Source: an uncultured delta proteobacterium (lineage in GTDB: Bacteria > Desulfobacterota > Syntrophobacteria > BM002). Taken from it: 64,000 nt of DNA. This document shows, piece by piece, positions 31,110 to 41,512 of the stretch. The stretch lies in the NCBI GenBank assembly GCA_963712115.1, contig CAVQGX010000019.1, forward strand, positions 1 through 64,000, given 5' to 3'. Both the position numbers and the translations under genes were made by a program. Numbering within the stretch: position 1 is the stretch's first letter; every line of letters starts with the position of its first letter. Below the pieces are notes generated by a model, which saw only the letters and a list, made by a program, of their open reading frames with translations, ran no database searches and was not told where the DNA came from.

Positions 31110-32048
31110 ATGAAACATAACTCAAGCCATTCCATTCAATCTCACCCCGCAAGTCTTCAGGATCTTTTTCAGTCTGGCAACCGCAAGGACTTTGTCGCCC
31201 AAGTGCGAAATGCACTAAACCAGCTACTAGTAAAACTCCATGTGGAAGGTCATTATGATCAGGTCATAACTTTGGTAAAGCGAGAACCCTGCTATCGCGA
31301 ATTGAACAACACCTGGGAGGAGATAAAACCCTCGGCTCGCAGCCAAAAGTGGTATGAACTCATGGAACTTCTCATCCAGATAGCTTACTCTACCCGGCCA
31401 TATTGTCTGCGTTGTGGGGAATGCTGCCGGTTAGGAAGTCCTTCCCTGCACCTTGAAGATGTAGATCTTCTGGCCAGGGGGTTGATATCATTCAGGCAGA
31501 TATACACCCTCAGGCGAGGCGAACCGGTAAGATTAAATATCGAAGCGAAGCTGAGTACCCTCCCGAGTGAGCTAATCAAGTTCAAAGAAGATCAGGAGAA
31601 GGGGTATTGCAGGTTCTATTCAGAGAACCAGAATAGCTGTGGTATTTATGAGAACCGGCCACTCCAATGCCGTTTCCAGCAGTGTTGGAACCCAGAAGCT
31701 CTAGAGAAACTTTGGCAAGAACAAAAGCTTACCAGGCGTGACATTTTAGAAAACGATCAAGACCTAATGGAACTGCTGGAACTCCACGATGAACGTTGTG
31801 ATCCCGAAAGACTAAATCATCTTTTCATCCAGTTGCACAATACCCGGGACATGACAGTGCTAGATCAGGTGTTGGAGATGCTCAGACAGGACGTGGCCAT
31901 CAGAAGTCTTGCCACGACAAAACTGAATCGTGATGAGGAAGAGCTGGATTTCCTCTTAGGTAGACCTTTGGCTGAAATTCTGCGCCCTTACGGTTTCAGG
32001 GTGGAAATGGATCAAGATGGAGTCTACCACCTGGTTGAGGTTCGATAA
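31110..32048 (+). CDS. YkgJ/FliB-family Cys-cluster (Zn or Fe-S) protein with N-terminal extension
   Basis: CLRCGECC, C.F, CGIYENRPLQCR. Confidence 0.85.
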   Translation: MKHNSSHSIQSHPASLQDLFQSGNRKDFVAQVRNALNQLLVKLHVEGHYDQVITLVKREPCYRELNNTWEEIKPSARSQKWYELMELLIQIAYSTRPYCLRCGECCRLGSPSLHLEDVDLLARGLISFRQIYTLRRGEPVRLNIEAKLSTLPSELIKFKEDQEKGYCRFYSENQNSCGIYENRPLQCRFQQCWNPEALEKLWQEQKLTRRDILENDQDLMELLELHDERCDPERLNHLFIQLHNTRDMTVLDQVLEMLRQDVAIRSLATTKLNRDEEELDFLLGRPLAEILRPYGFRVEMDQDGVYHLVEVR

Positions 32049-32125
32049 AGTCGGGCCTCCCCCAATCAAACCTCTGACAATTTGCCCCGACTCAATACCC
32101 GTCCCCTATTTTTTCAAGCCCCTAT

Positions 32126-32141
32126 TGGCATATGGCTTGCA
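32126..32141 (+). promoter_or_regulatory. Sigma-54 -24/-12 promoter
   Basis: TGGCATATGGCTTGCA with GG-N10-GC, 78 nt before ATG 32220. Confidence 0.7.
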
Positions 32142-32219
32142 TCTTGGCAAATATGGCTTGAAAGGTTATTTCCACTGCAGCAAAAGCTACTGTTTCAATA
32201 ACAGGCTCGAGGGACTAGT

Positions 32220-35200
32220 ATGGCATATCAAGATCTACTCTATTTTCTCCAAAATGTGGGCAAGGATCCCTCGCGCCTGATCTTCGAAGACGAGCTCACT
32301 GGTATATATAACCGCCGTTTTCTCCTCAACTATTTCGAATACAAAATCCCCTGGGATTCCTTGGAGAACCACCCGGTGTCGTTGATCATGCTGGACATAG
32401 ACTATTTCAAACAAATCAACGACACCCACGGTCATGAGGCCGGAGATCAGGCTCTCATCTGGGTGGCCACCTTGTTGCGGGAGGTAGCTGGTGAAGCGGG
32501 ATTGCCCGTCCGTTATGCTGGAGACGAGTTCATCATACTCCTGCCCAAAGCTAAGAAACAGGCTGCTCTGCAAATTGGTGAACGCTTAGTCGAGCTGGTC
32601 CATGAAAAACCAGTTCACCTAGAGGGGACGGAAGATGAATTTTCTCTAACCCTGAGTATTGGCGTAGCCTCAGCACCAGAAGACGCCCAGACTGGCAAGG
32701 ATCTCATCCAGAAAGCAGATACAGCCCTCTATTTTTCCAAAAAAACAGGCCGTGATCGACTCGCCAACGCCAGTTTGGTAACCCCTCATGAGGTCTCAGA
32801 CAGAACAGCCCTTTACCACCTTGATAAAGCGACGATTGCCGGCCGACAGGCTCAACTCGCCACCGTGGCTGAGGCCCTAAAGAGATTCAGCGAAGGCAAA
32901 AGTCAGTTTCTCATTGTCGAGGGGGCAGCCGGCCTAGGGAAGAGCGAGTTTTTAGACACAATTCAAAAAAATATCTCGGAAAGCAAAGATTTGCAGATTA
33001 AGGTCAGTGGTGTAGCCCAAGAGCTCTTTCGACCTTACTATTTAACCACCAACATCCTAATTGAAACATTCAACCGGCTACCCGACAAGGGCATCAAAAT
33101 CCTTGAGAGTCTGAATCCTAAAGAAATCTATTACCTTTCCCACATCCTTCCTCAGTTGGGAGAATCCGAAGGCTACAGCAAGGACGGCGAAAAAGCTCAG
33201 CGAGAGGGTCTCTTTACCACCCTCGTACGTTTCATCCCAAAGGTTCTCAATTCCCGTCCTTCCATATTGCTCGTTGACGATCTGCACTTTGCTGACGAGG
33301 CCACCTTGCTCCTTCTGCGCCGGCTGATCCTGGATGGAGGTTTTCCTGTATTTATATGTGCCACTGCAGCAGACACCCGCCATGACAAGTCGGAGGGAGA
33401 TCCACCCCCCTTGGAACGCTTTTATGCTTCCTATTGCAAAGATTTGGACATACACAAGGTCAGCCTAACACCGCTTACCGCTGCACACATCGCCGAACAT
33501 CTACGAGGAGTTTTCCCTCAGTTAGATTTGCCCAAAAATTTTGAGAACAACATAGCCAAGATCACTCAGGGAAATCCGTTGTTTCTAAACGAAATCGTGC
33601 GCAAGCTGGTAATGGACAGGAAAATTAACCTAGTGGGCAACCAGTGGGTGGTTGAACCTTTGGGAGAAGGTTACCTTCCCGAATCTCTCGAGCAGATCGT
33701 GAGCGAGAAGATCGCCGCTTTAGATGAGGAAAGCAGATCGCTGTTAGATCAAGTTTCCACCTTTGGCGAAAATGTTTCATTGAGTATGCTCTCAGGAAGC
33801 TCTGAAGAAATGGAAGCAAAAGTCCTGGAATTCCTCGACCAGGCAGTGGCCCAAGGCTTAGTGAGCTCTGAATTTCAGATTAATGATGAGACAATTCGCT
33901 TCCTGAGTAAGAGAGTTTTGGACATCGCCTACGGTGCCATAGAGGAGGAACGCAAACAAGAGTTGCACGAACGTGTGGGTACCTACCAGGAAGTCCTTTT
34001 CGAGCAACATCTCATCCCTTCAGCTGCCACTTTGGCCTATCACTTCAAGCGTTCCACCAATCAGGAAAAGGCCGGGAACTACGAAAAACTGCAGGCAAGT
34101 TCGAACAATAGATTATTCGACGCAGCAGAGGCAGTCTACTACACTGCTGAGAGGTCACCTGAAGCTGCTCCCGATACCAGTCCGCTGGATAAGAACAGCT
34201 TGCCGCTAATTCCCGCCGTGATCCGCTCAATGCTCTTGGTGGTGCGCAACTTGAAGCTCTATCCTCCCGGAAGTAAGGCTATCGTAGCAGCCAATCGGCA
34301 GATGAAGGAGGTAATCGACCAGTTTCTGAAAAAAAATGAGCTTCTCTCGCTCTTTGGTATCAAGAGTGCCTTAATCGTCAATGGCCAGAAAATTGATGTG
34401 ACCGAATACAAGTACTTCGCCGAGTCCTTTTTGAAGCTCCTGAGCCGCTTTGAACTCAAAGGCATAACCTTTAGAAAGGGCCTTACAGAGAAGGAATTAC
34501 AAATATTGCTTGAGGCCTTCGGTCGGGTTAAGCACGACATGATTGACCAGCATTTCTGGCAACGCTTTTTAGGGGAGCAGCGGATTGTCAATATTGAGAT
34601 GACTCAGGTTCGCTATACGGTGATCACTGATTCGACCAGCCAAGCACACACCGCTCAACTTGTTGCCGGTGAGGATGGTTTATCTGCGGTAGAGATCGCT
34701 GCCCAACTGGAAGATGCCGAACAGGGCATGGATGAGCACGACATCAGGGAACTACCCGAGATCATACGCACCCTGCTTAATGCGGCGAGAAGTATAAAAC
34801 TCTACCCACTGAAAAGCAAAGCTATCGCAGCTGCCTTAGAGCTGCTGCAGCAATCCCTCAAGAGTATCTTGGACAGAAAACCAGCTCTTACCCTGGCGCG
34901 GGTTGGGGACTCTCTTCTGGTCAACGGGGAAAAGATCGACATTTCAGAGTTTGAAACACTGGCTCAGGCCTTTCTCAAATTCCTTGACTCCCTTTCCCTA
35001 ACTAGTCTCACCTTTCTGGCCACCGTCTCTTCCGATGAACTGCAAGCATTTGTTGGCTCCCTCGGGCAGCTTCCTACCTCTGAGTTGGATGGCAACTATT
35101 GGGCAAATTTAGCAAAAGAGAAGGGACTGAGGGGTATTCTCTTCGACCTGCGTCTCTATGAAGCACGAGTCTCAGCTGCTAGGATGACTCCCGTTGAGAC

Positions 35201-36500
35201 CCGCCAAGTCAAGGTCAAAGCCCAACCAGTAAAGACGGTGCAAAAGGAAGCTCCAGAACCAGCAGAAACTCTTGATGATCTCGCAGCAAAAATGGTGGTG
35301 CGGGTAAGCGATCTTTTGCTGAAGGGGGACGAAGCAAAACTCAAAGAGATTATAAAACGTCTTCTCCAGGAATACTTGCAAGGTCCATTACAGACCCGCC
35401 AAAAGATAGTAAAGCGTCTAAAGGGTATGCTGGAAGGTCTTAACTTGGGCCTGCAGAATCAGCTGGCAAAAATAATGGCAGGTCTGCTCCTCCTAGTTTT
35501 CTCCAGAGAAGATGATCCCATACTTCTCAGAGAGCTAGCAAACCTTCTTCACCAACTCAACACAACCCTGCTTCAATTTGGAGAGTACCCTGCTGCCAGC
35601 CAGATTCTCCTGCATCTCCATCGCCGGCACCAGGAGCTTGTCGAGGCGCGAAGTGAGCAGGCTCAATTACTGGGGAAAATACTCCTCAGGCCCCTGGAAC
35701 CAAAAGCACAACAGCTAATCCTCGAGGACTTTCGCTCCGGCGACCCAGCGCGGCGGCAGAATGCGGCACAACTGCTGGGGAGCACGCGCCAAGCCGCCTT
35801 CCCCTTGCTCATAAAGCTCATCAAGAGCGAAGAGGAATTCAGAGTTCGGCAAATGGCCGCCTCTCTCCTCGCAGAGTACGGACCTCAAGCGGCAAAATTG
35901 CTGAAACGTGAATTGGCACTCCGGACCAACCCAGACGAAAAGGTTCGTATCCTCGAAATCCTCGACAGTGTCACCCGCGACCTTAGAACGGAGCTTGCTT
36001 ATGCCCTTACTGATGACAGTGACCAGGTACGCCAGGCGGCTCTTCAGCTTGCCGAAAGATTGAACGACGATCAGGCGGGCAAGCTCCTTTTAGAACAAAC
36101 TGAGAATGGAAACGTAAATGTGGCAATTGCTGCAATTACATTTTTGGGGAAACTCAAACCGCCTACTGCCCATGAAAAGCTTGTTTCCATATTGCAAACA
36201 GCCAAGAATGAAAAACTGGTTGTGGCCTGCTGTCAATCTTTGGGACTGATCGGGGATTCAGCCAGCATTGACCCCCTGGCAAAACTCCTGGCCTCAAAAG
36301 GCTTGTTTCGCCGTAACCGACAAAGTGCTGAAGTCCGCGCCACTGCTGCCTTGGCCTTATCACAAATCGATCATCCCAGGGTTGTTCAGATCCTCAGCAG
36401 CTACACTGACGATAACGACCCCCGGGTAAGGCAAATAGCCAGCTCTCTCAAACTACCTCCAAGTACTCATCCTAATAGCAAACTTGCTGCCGCCAAGTGA
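32220..36500 (+). CDS. GGDEF + STAND (AAA_16-like) NTPase + 2x KLYP domain + HEAT-repeat protein, paralog 1
   Basis: DELTGIYNRR, DIDYFKQINDTHGH..GD, RYAGDEF; GAAGLGKS; LLVDDLH; TQGNPLF; LAYHF; HEAT units ending DNDPRVR. Confidence 0.88.
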   Translation: MAYQDLLYFLQNVGKDPSRLIFEDELTGIYNRRFLLNYFEYKIPWDSLENHPVSLIMLDIDYFKQINDTHGHEAGDQALIWVATLLREVAGEAGLPVRYAGDEFIILLPKAKKQAALQIGERLVELVHEKPVHLEGTEDEFSLTLSIGVASAPEDAQTGKDLIQKADTALYFSKKTGRDRLANASLVTPHEVSDRTALYHLDKATIAGRQAQLATVAEALKRFSEGKSQFLIVEGAAGLGKSEFLDTIQKNISESKDLQIKVSGVAQELFRPYYLTTNILIETFNRLPDKGIKILESLNPKEIYYLSHILPQLGESEGYSKDGEKAQREGLFTTLVRFIPKVLNSRPSILLVDDLHFADEATLLLLRRLILDGGFPVFICATAADTRHDKSEGDPPPLERFYASYCKDLDIHKVSLTPLTAAHIAEHLRGVFPQLDLPKNFENNIAKITQGNPLFLNEIVRKLVMDRKINLVGNQWVVEPLGEGYLPESLEQIVSEKIAALDEESRSLLDQVSTFGENVSLSMLSGSSEEMEAKVLEFLDQAVAQGLVSSEFQINDETIRFLSKRVLDIAYGAIEEERKQELHERVGTYQEVLFEQHLIPSAATLAYHFKRSTNQEKAGNYEKLQASSNNRLFDAAEAVYYTAERSPEAAPDTSPLDKNSLPLIPAVIRSMLLVVRNLKLYPPGSKAIVAANRQMKEVIDQFLKKNELLSLFGIKSALIVNGQKIDVTEYKYFAESFLKLLSRFELKGITFRKGLTEKELQILLEAFGRVKHDMIDQHFWQRFLGEQRIVNIEMTQVRYTVITDSTSQAHTAQLVAGEDGLSAVEIAAQLEDAEQGMDEHDIRELPEIIRTLLNAARSIKLYPLKSKAIAAALELLQQSLKSILDRKPALTLARVGDSLLVNGEKIDISEFETLAQAFLKFLDSLSLTSLTFLATVSSDELQAFVGSLGQLPTSELDGNYWANLAKEKGLRGILFDLRLYEARVSAARMTPVETRQVKVKAQPVKTVQKEAPEPAETLDDLAAKMVVRVSDLLLKGDEAKLKEIIKRLLQEYLQGPLQTRQKIVKRLKGMLEGLNLGLQNQLAKIMAGLLLLVFSREDDPILLRELANLLHQLNTTLLQFGEYPAASQILLHLHRRHQELVEARSEQAQLLGKILLRPLEPKAQQLILEDFRSGDPARRQNAAQLLGSTRQAAFPLLIKLIKSEEEFRVRQMAASLLAEYGPQAAKLLKRELALRTNPDEKVRILEILDSVTRDLRTELAYALTDDSDQVRQAALQLAERLNDDQAGKLLLEQTENGNVNVAIAAITFLGKLKPPTAHEKLVSILQTAKNEKLVVACCQSLGLIGDSASIDPLAKLLASKGLFRRNRQSAEVRATAALALSQIDHPRVVQILSSYTDDNDPRVRQIASSLKLPPSTHPNSKLAAAK

Positions 36501-36763
36501 GGAATTCAGGTGCGGAGACTTTGGATTTAAGGTTCCAGGGGGGCTTCAAAGGTCTTTCCTTCTCACGGGCATCCGCGGATGTGGATTAGTGGAGAATCTT
36601 GATGGTGACTGTTAGGTATTGAAAACCGAGCGATCTCACTGTATCATAGTCAAAGAAAAACCTTGTTTAGGAGAGCTTCACCCTCTGAAGTCCCTCGACC
36701 CGCCACTGCTTTTTCACCTTGCTCTCCTAGCCTACACATAGCGGGTCTTGATCCGACCTTAGT

Positions 36764-39700
36764 ATGGAATACAAAGATCTTCTTCATTTTCTTCAGCATG
36801 TCGGCACAGATCCTTCGCGTTTGATCTTCGAAGACGAACTCACCGGTATCTATAACCGCCGTTTCCTCCTTAATTACTTCCGCTACAAGGTACCCTGGGA
36901 TTCCTTGGAAAACCGGCCCCTGTCTTTGCTCATGATGGACCTGGACCGTTTCAAGGAGATTAACGACAACTATGGTCATGAAGCTGGAGACCAAGTTCTG
37001 ATCTGGGTGGCCAGTCTTATCAAAGAGGTATCAGGTGATCAGGGGTTAGCCATCCGCTACGCGGGCGATGAGTTCATTATTCTCATGCCCAATGGTGCCA
37101 AAGAGGCGGCCCTGAAAGTTGCCGAACAGCTCCTCCAAAGGCTTCACCAAGAGGTCGTCCGCTTGCCGGAAGTGGATGAGGAGCTACGTATTACACTCAG
37201 TATAGGTGTTGCTTCAGCCCCAGATGATGCCTACACAGGCAAGGCTCTCATTCAGAAAGCAGATACTGCTCTTTACTATGCAAAAAAGACAGGGCGTGAT
37301 CGGTTCGCCAACGCCAAGGAAATAGCCCCTGAGGAAGTTTTTACTAAGACTGCTCTATATCAATTAGATAAAGCAAGAATCGCCGGCCGCAAGAACCAAC
37401 TGACTAAAGTGGCCGAAGCCTTGAGAAAATTCAGCAAACGGGAAAGCCAGTTCCTCATCGTTGAGGGGGCAAGCGGCATGGGTAAAAGTGAATTTATCCA
37501 AACAATCCGCAGGAACCTGGCCCAAACCAAGATCTGGCAAATCGCTGTTAACGGAGTTCCCCAGGAAGGTTTTCGCCCCTATTATCTGACAACCAACATT
37601 CTGGTCGAGATAATGAATCATAGACCAGATAAGGGTGCCGGCATCTTGGATCACCTAAGCCCGCAGGAAGTAAACTACCTTTCTCACATATTACCCCAAT
37701 TGGGAGAGCCTGAAGAGGAGGCGGACCAAAAAGATGAAAAAACTCAGCGCGAAATCATCTTTACCACCCTTGTCCATTTTATCCCCAAGCTGATCAACTC
37801 ACGACCTTTAATCTTCTTTATTGATGATTTGCACCTGAGCGACGAGGCTACTCTCCTGCTACTAAGAAAGTTGCTTTTGCGTAATGATGTTCCCCTTTTC
37901 ATCTTGGGAACTGCCATGGATATTCTCCCGGGTAAGGGGGAAGGACAACAGACGCCACTGCAACGTTTCCTTACCGCACATCAGCAGGAACTTATTATTG
38001 ACACCGTGCCCCTTACCCCGCTGACAGCCTCTGACATTGGCGCCCACTTTCGGGGGATTTTTCCACAAGTGAGCTTGCCTGAAGATTTTGAAGGGAGCCT
38101 AGTGCAGATCACCCAAGGCAACCCTCTTTTTCTCAGCGAGATCCAGCGTAAGCTTGTCCTAGAGGGGAAACTTACCCTCACTGGGCAACAATGGATGGTA
38201 GAGCCCCTAGAGGAGGGTTATCTACCTAAGTCTTTGGAAGAGATCGTCAGCCAGAAGATCGTGGCCTTGGACAAGGAGAGCAAGGAGCTACTCGATCAGG
38301 CCTCCACCTTTGGCGAGAATGTTTCCCTAAGCGTGCTTACTGGCAGTTCTGAGAATAGGGAGACGCAGGTGCTTGAATTCGTCGATCAAGCGGTAGCTCA
38401 GGGTCTTATCAGCACCGATTACCAGATGAACGACGATACCATCCGGTTCCTCGGTAAGCGTGTTTTAGAGATCACTTACGGTGCCATTGATGAAGATCGG
38501 AAACGGGAATTACATGAGCGGATAGGTGACTACCAGGAGACCCTTTATGAACAAAAACTTTTGCCCTCAGCTGCGACCCTTGCCTACCATTTCCAGCTCT
38601 CGGCGAACCATGAGAAGGCCCGTCTCTATCTAGAGTCTCAACAAACCCACAACAATAAAATCTTCAACCCAGAAGAGGCGGTCAACTATACAGGAGAAAA
38701 GTTAGAGGATACCGTTCCGGAGGACACTCCCCTAGATTCCACCAGCCTTTCGGAGATCCCTGGGGTCATTCGTGTGCTCCTCACCACCATACGCAACATC
38801 AAGCTCTACCCTCCTGGAAGCAAGGCCATCGTCACTTCAACCCAGCAGTTGCAAGAAGCGATCGACAAGATCTTGAATGACAACCAGCGGCTAAACATCA
38901 CGGTCGTAGAAAATGATCTGGTAGTAAACGGCGAAACTCTGGATATTGGAGAGTTCAAATCAATAGCCCAAGCGTTTATGAAATTCCTCAATCAGGTGGA
39001 ACTGAGAGGCATAGCCTTATCTCAAGGCCTAGCTGGGCATGAATTAAGGGCAATGGTAGAAGGACTTGGCAGAATTAGTAAAAAGATGATTGATCGACGC
39101 TTCTGGAAACGATTTGCGGCGGAGCAGCGTCTATATCACATAGACATGAAGCAGGTGCGCTACACTACCATGGCGGGACCGGATGGAGCCTTAGAAGATC
39201 CTGGAGAGCCCAACCCGAGAGCAGAGGTGCTCCCAGGTATGATGCCTCCCAAATTCTCGGTGTTGACCAGCCATTAGATGATCGAGATTTGAATCAGATT
39301 CCAGATGTACTTAGGTGTCTCCTCACTGCCACCAGTAACATTAAACTCTACCCCCCGGAAAGCACTGCCATCAGGTATTCAATCGAGCAGCTCTATCAAG
39401 CCTTAAAAGCCTTTCTTGCCAACCGTCCTGCCCTTACCCTGGCGCGGGTAGGTGAGTCCTTGCTGGTAAACGGCCAAAGAATAGACACCGCTGACTTCAA
39501 AACCATGGCCGATGGTTTTTTGAGATTCCTGGAGTCTGTAAACCTCAGGAGCTTGAGCTTTCTGAGAGATACTTCTGTTCGTGAGTTGGTAGCTTTCATT
39601 AGTGCTGCCGTTCAAAGCACTGCTGACGGTTTTGACACTTTTTTCTGGCGGCGACTTGCCAGAGAACAACAGTTATTCGGCATCCTTTTTGACCAGCGTT

Positions 39701-41073
39701 TGTACGGAATTTTAGGGGAACGGGTTGGCATTGGTGTGGATCAGCTGGAAAAGGCGGAGGAACTCCCTGAAGGGGATGGTCTGGGACCCGAGCAGGTTGT
39801 TCCAACCGTTTCAGGGATACCACCAACGGTTGAGCCCGTGCAAGAGTCAGTTGCTTCAGAGCCCAGTGAGGTTCAACTCACCGACCGTTCTATCGATGCA
39901 ATGGCAGAAAAGCTGGGCGATTTTCTCCTAAAGGGTGATGAGAGGCAAGCCCTCCAGATAATTAATCAGCTTTTCCATGACTTCGTCGGCCAGGGGGATT
40001 TGATTCGCACCAAGGTGGTCAATTTTTGCGAAAACTTCCTCGAAGATCCAGTATACGGTTCTCAACCGATTTTGGTGGAGTTTTTGATTGATCCCCTTCT
40101 TCGCGTTTTCCCTCAGGAAGAAGATCTTGGAATTTTGAGACAAATGGCCACACTGCTCTCTCAAACTGCCGCTAATCTAATTCAGTTTGGAGATTACCAG
40201 ATGGCCAGCCGGATTCTGACGCATCTGCGCAATCGTCAGAATCAGTTGCAGGCAGGTAGGGACACAAAAGCCCTAGCGGATGAGACAATTCTGCTCAGAG
40301 AACTTGATCCAAAAACCCAGATGATTCTTTTGGAAGATTTGCGATCAAAAGACCCCGCCAGGCTCCAGAGGGTTACCCAACTTCTGAGCAGCTTGGGAGC
40401 AGTAGCCATGCCCCTGCTCGTAGAGGTGGTAAAAGGTGAAGAAAGCCTCAGGCTGAGACAGATTGCCTCATATCTGCTGAAATCATTGGGGCCTGAAGGG
40501 GCCAGACTCCTTAAACGAGAACTGGTACTTGAGGGCTTTCCCAAGGAAAGGGTGCGAATTTTGGAGGTGATCGACGGCGTAACCCAAGACTTGAAAACCG
40601 AACTCGCTTACACTTTGGGTGATGACAATCCGAAGGTGAGGCGAGCGGCATTTCGCCTCACGGAGCGTTTGAATGATGCGCAAGTAACTTCTTTGCTATT
40701 TGATTATGCCAACCACGAAGATCCAAAGATGGCCGTAATTGCCATCAAGTCCTTAGGAAAAGTCAAACCTGCAGGAGCAGTGGACGTTCTGCTTTCGTTA
40801 CTTGAGTCCTCCAAAGAAGTTGAACGTTTGATCGCTTGCTGTCGGGCCCTCGGACAAATTGCCGATCCAGCAGCTATCGAACCGCTGGCCAAAATGTTGT
40901 CTCCAGGAAGTATTTTGTTTCTCCGAAAAAGAAGGAGTTCTGCAATCCGCGCCGCCGCTGCTTTCGCTCTGGCGCAGATACCTCATGCTAGGGTCTCCGA
41001 AGTACTAGCCCCTTACGCAGATGATCGGGATCTGAGGGTTCGACAAATTGCCAGATCACGGATTGCTGAGTAG
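36764..41073 (+). CDS. GGDEF + STAND + 2x KLYP + HEAT protein, paralog 2; frameshift near 39200-39240
   Basis: ORFs 36764..39277 and 39289..41073 align consecutively to paralog 1; the second frame is already homologous at 39241 (DASQILGVDQPLDDRDL). Confidence 0.85.
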
Positions 41074-41103
41074 AAAGTTAGGAGTCGGTAGGCAAAGAGC
41101 AGA

Positions 41104-41317
41104 GAGCAGGTTGAATATCAAATTCGAAATCCTAAGCACGAAATTCGAAACAAATCCGAATTACCAAAATCTAAATGACCCAAACGAGAAAGATCAAATC
41201 TATACTAATAGTTCTTGTTTTGAACATTGGAGAATTCGAAATTTGAATTTGTTTAGTCCGCCTCCGGCGGATCGATATTCGGATTTCGGATTTATCTGCT
41301 AGCTCCATGCCCTATGC
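41104..41317 (+). repeat. Repeat family C copy 2, with nested tccgcc-tcc-ggcgga palindrome
   Basis: Aligns to 26864..27064. Confidence 0.85.
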
Positions 41318-41320
41318 CAC

Positions 41321-41512
41321 TAGCCCGGATGTTTCATGAATTGCTGTCGCGAGACCGTGAAGATGGGCGTGCCACCGGGCAATCCCGCGGTACCGCGGTA
41401 TTGGACCCGAGGCGTACCTGAACGGTACGTCGCAGGGTACAACACTCGAGGACGCCCGGAAGGACGGCCATATCCGCGGTCGCAGCAGGTGATTCATGGA
41501 ACATCCGGGCTA
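41321..41512 (+). mobile_element. MITE family A copy 2
   Basis: tagcccggatgtttcatgaat...attcatggaacatccgggcta; abuts the stop codon at 41513. Confidence 0.88.

Noticed and set aside
32220-32780. cGAMP-producing Hypr GGDEF or CBASS-like cyclase
   Set aside because: Specificity Asp retained (GHEAGD); no CD-NTase or Cap effector genes nearby
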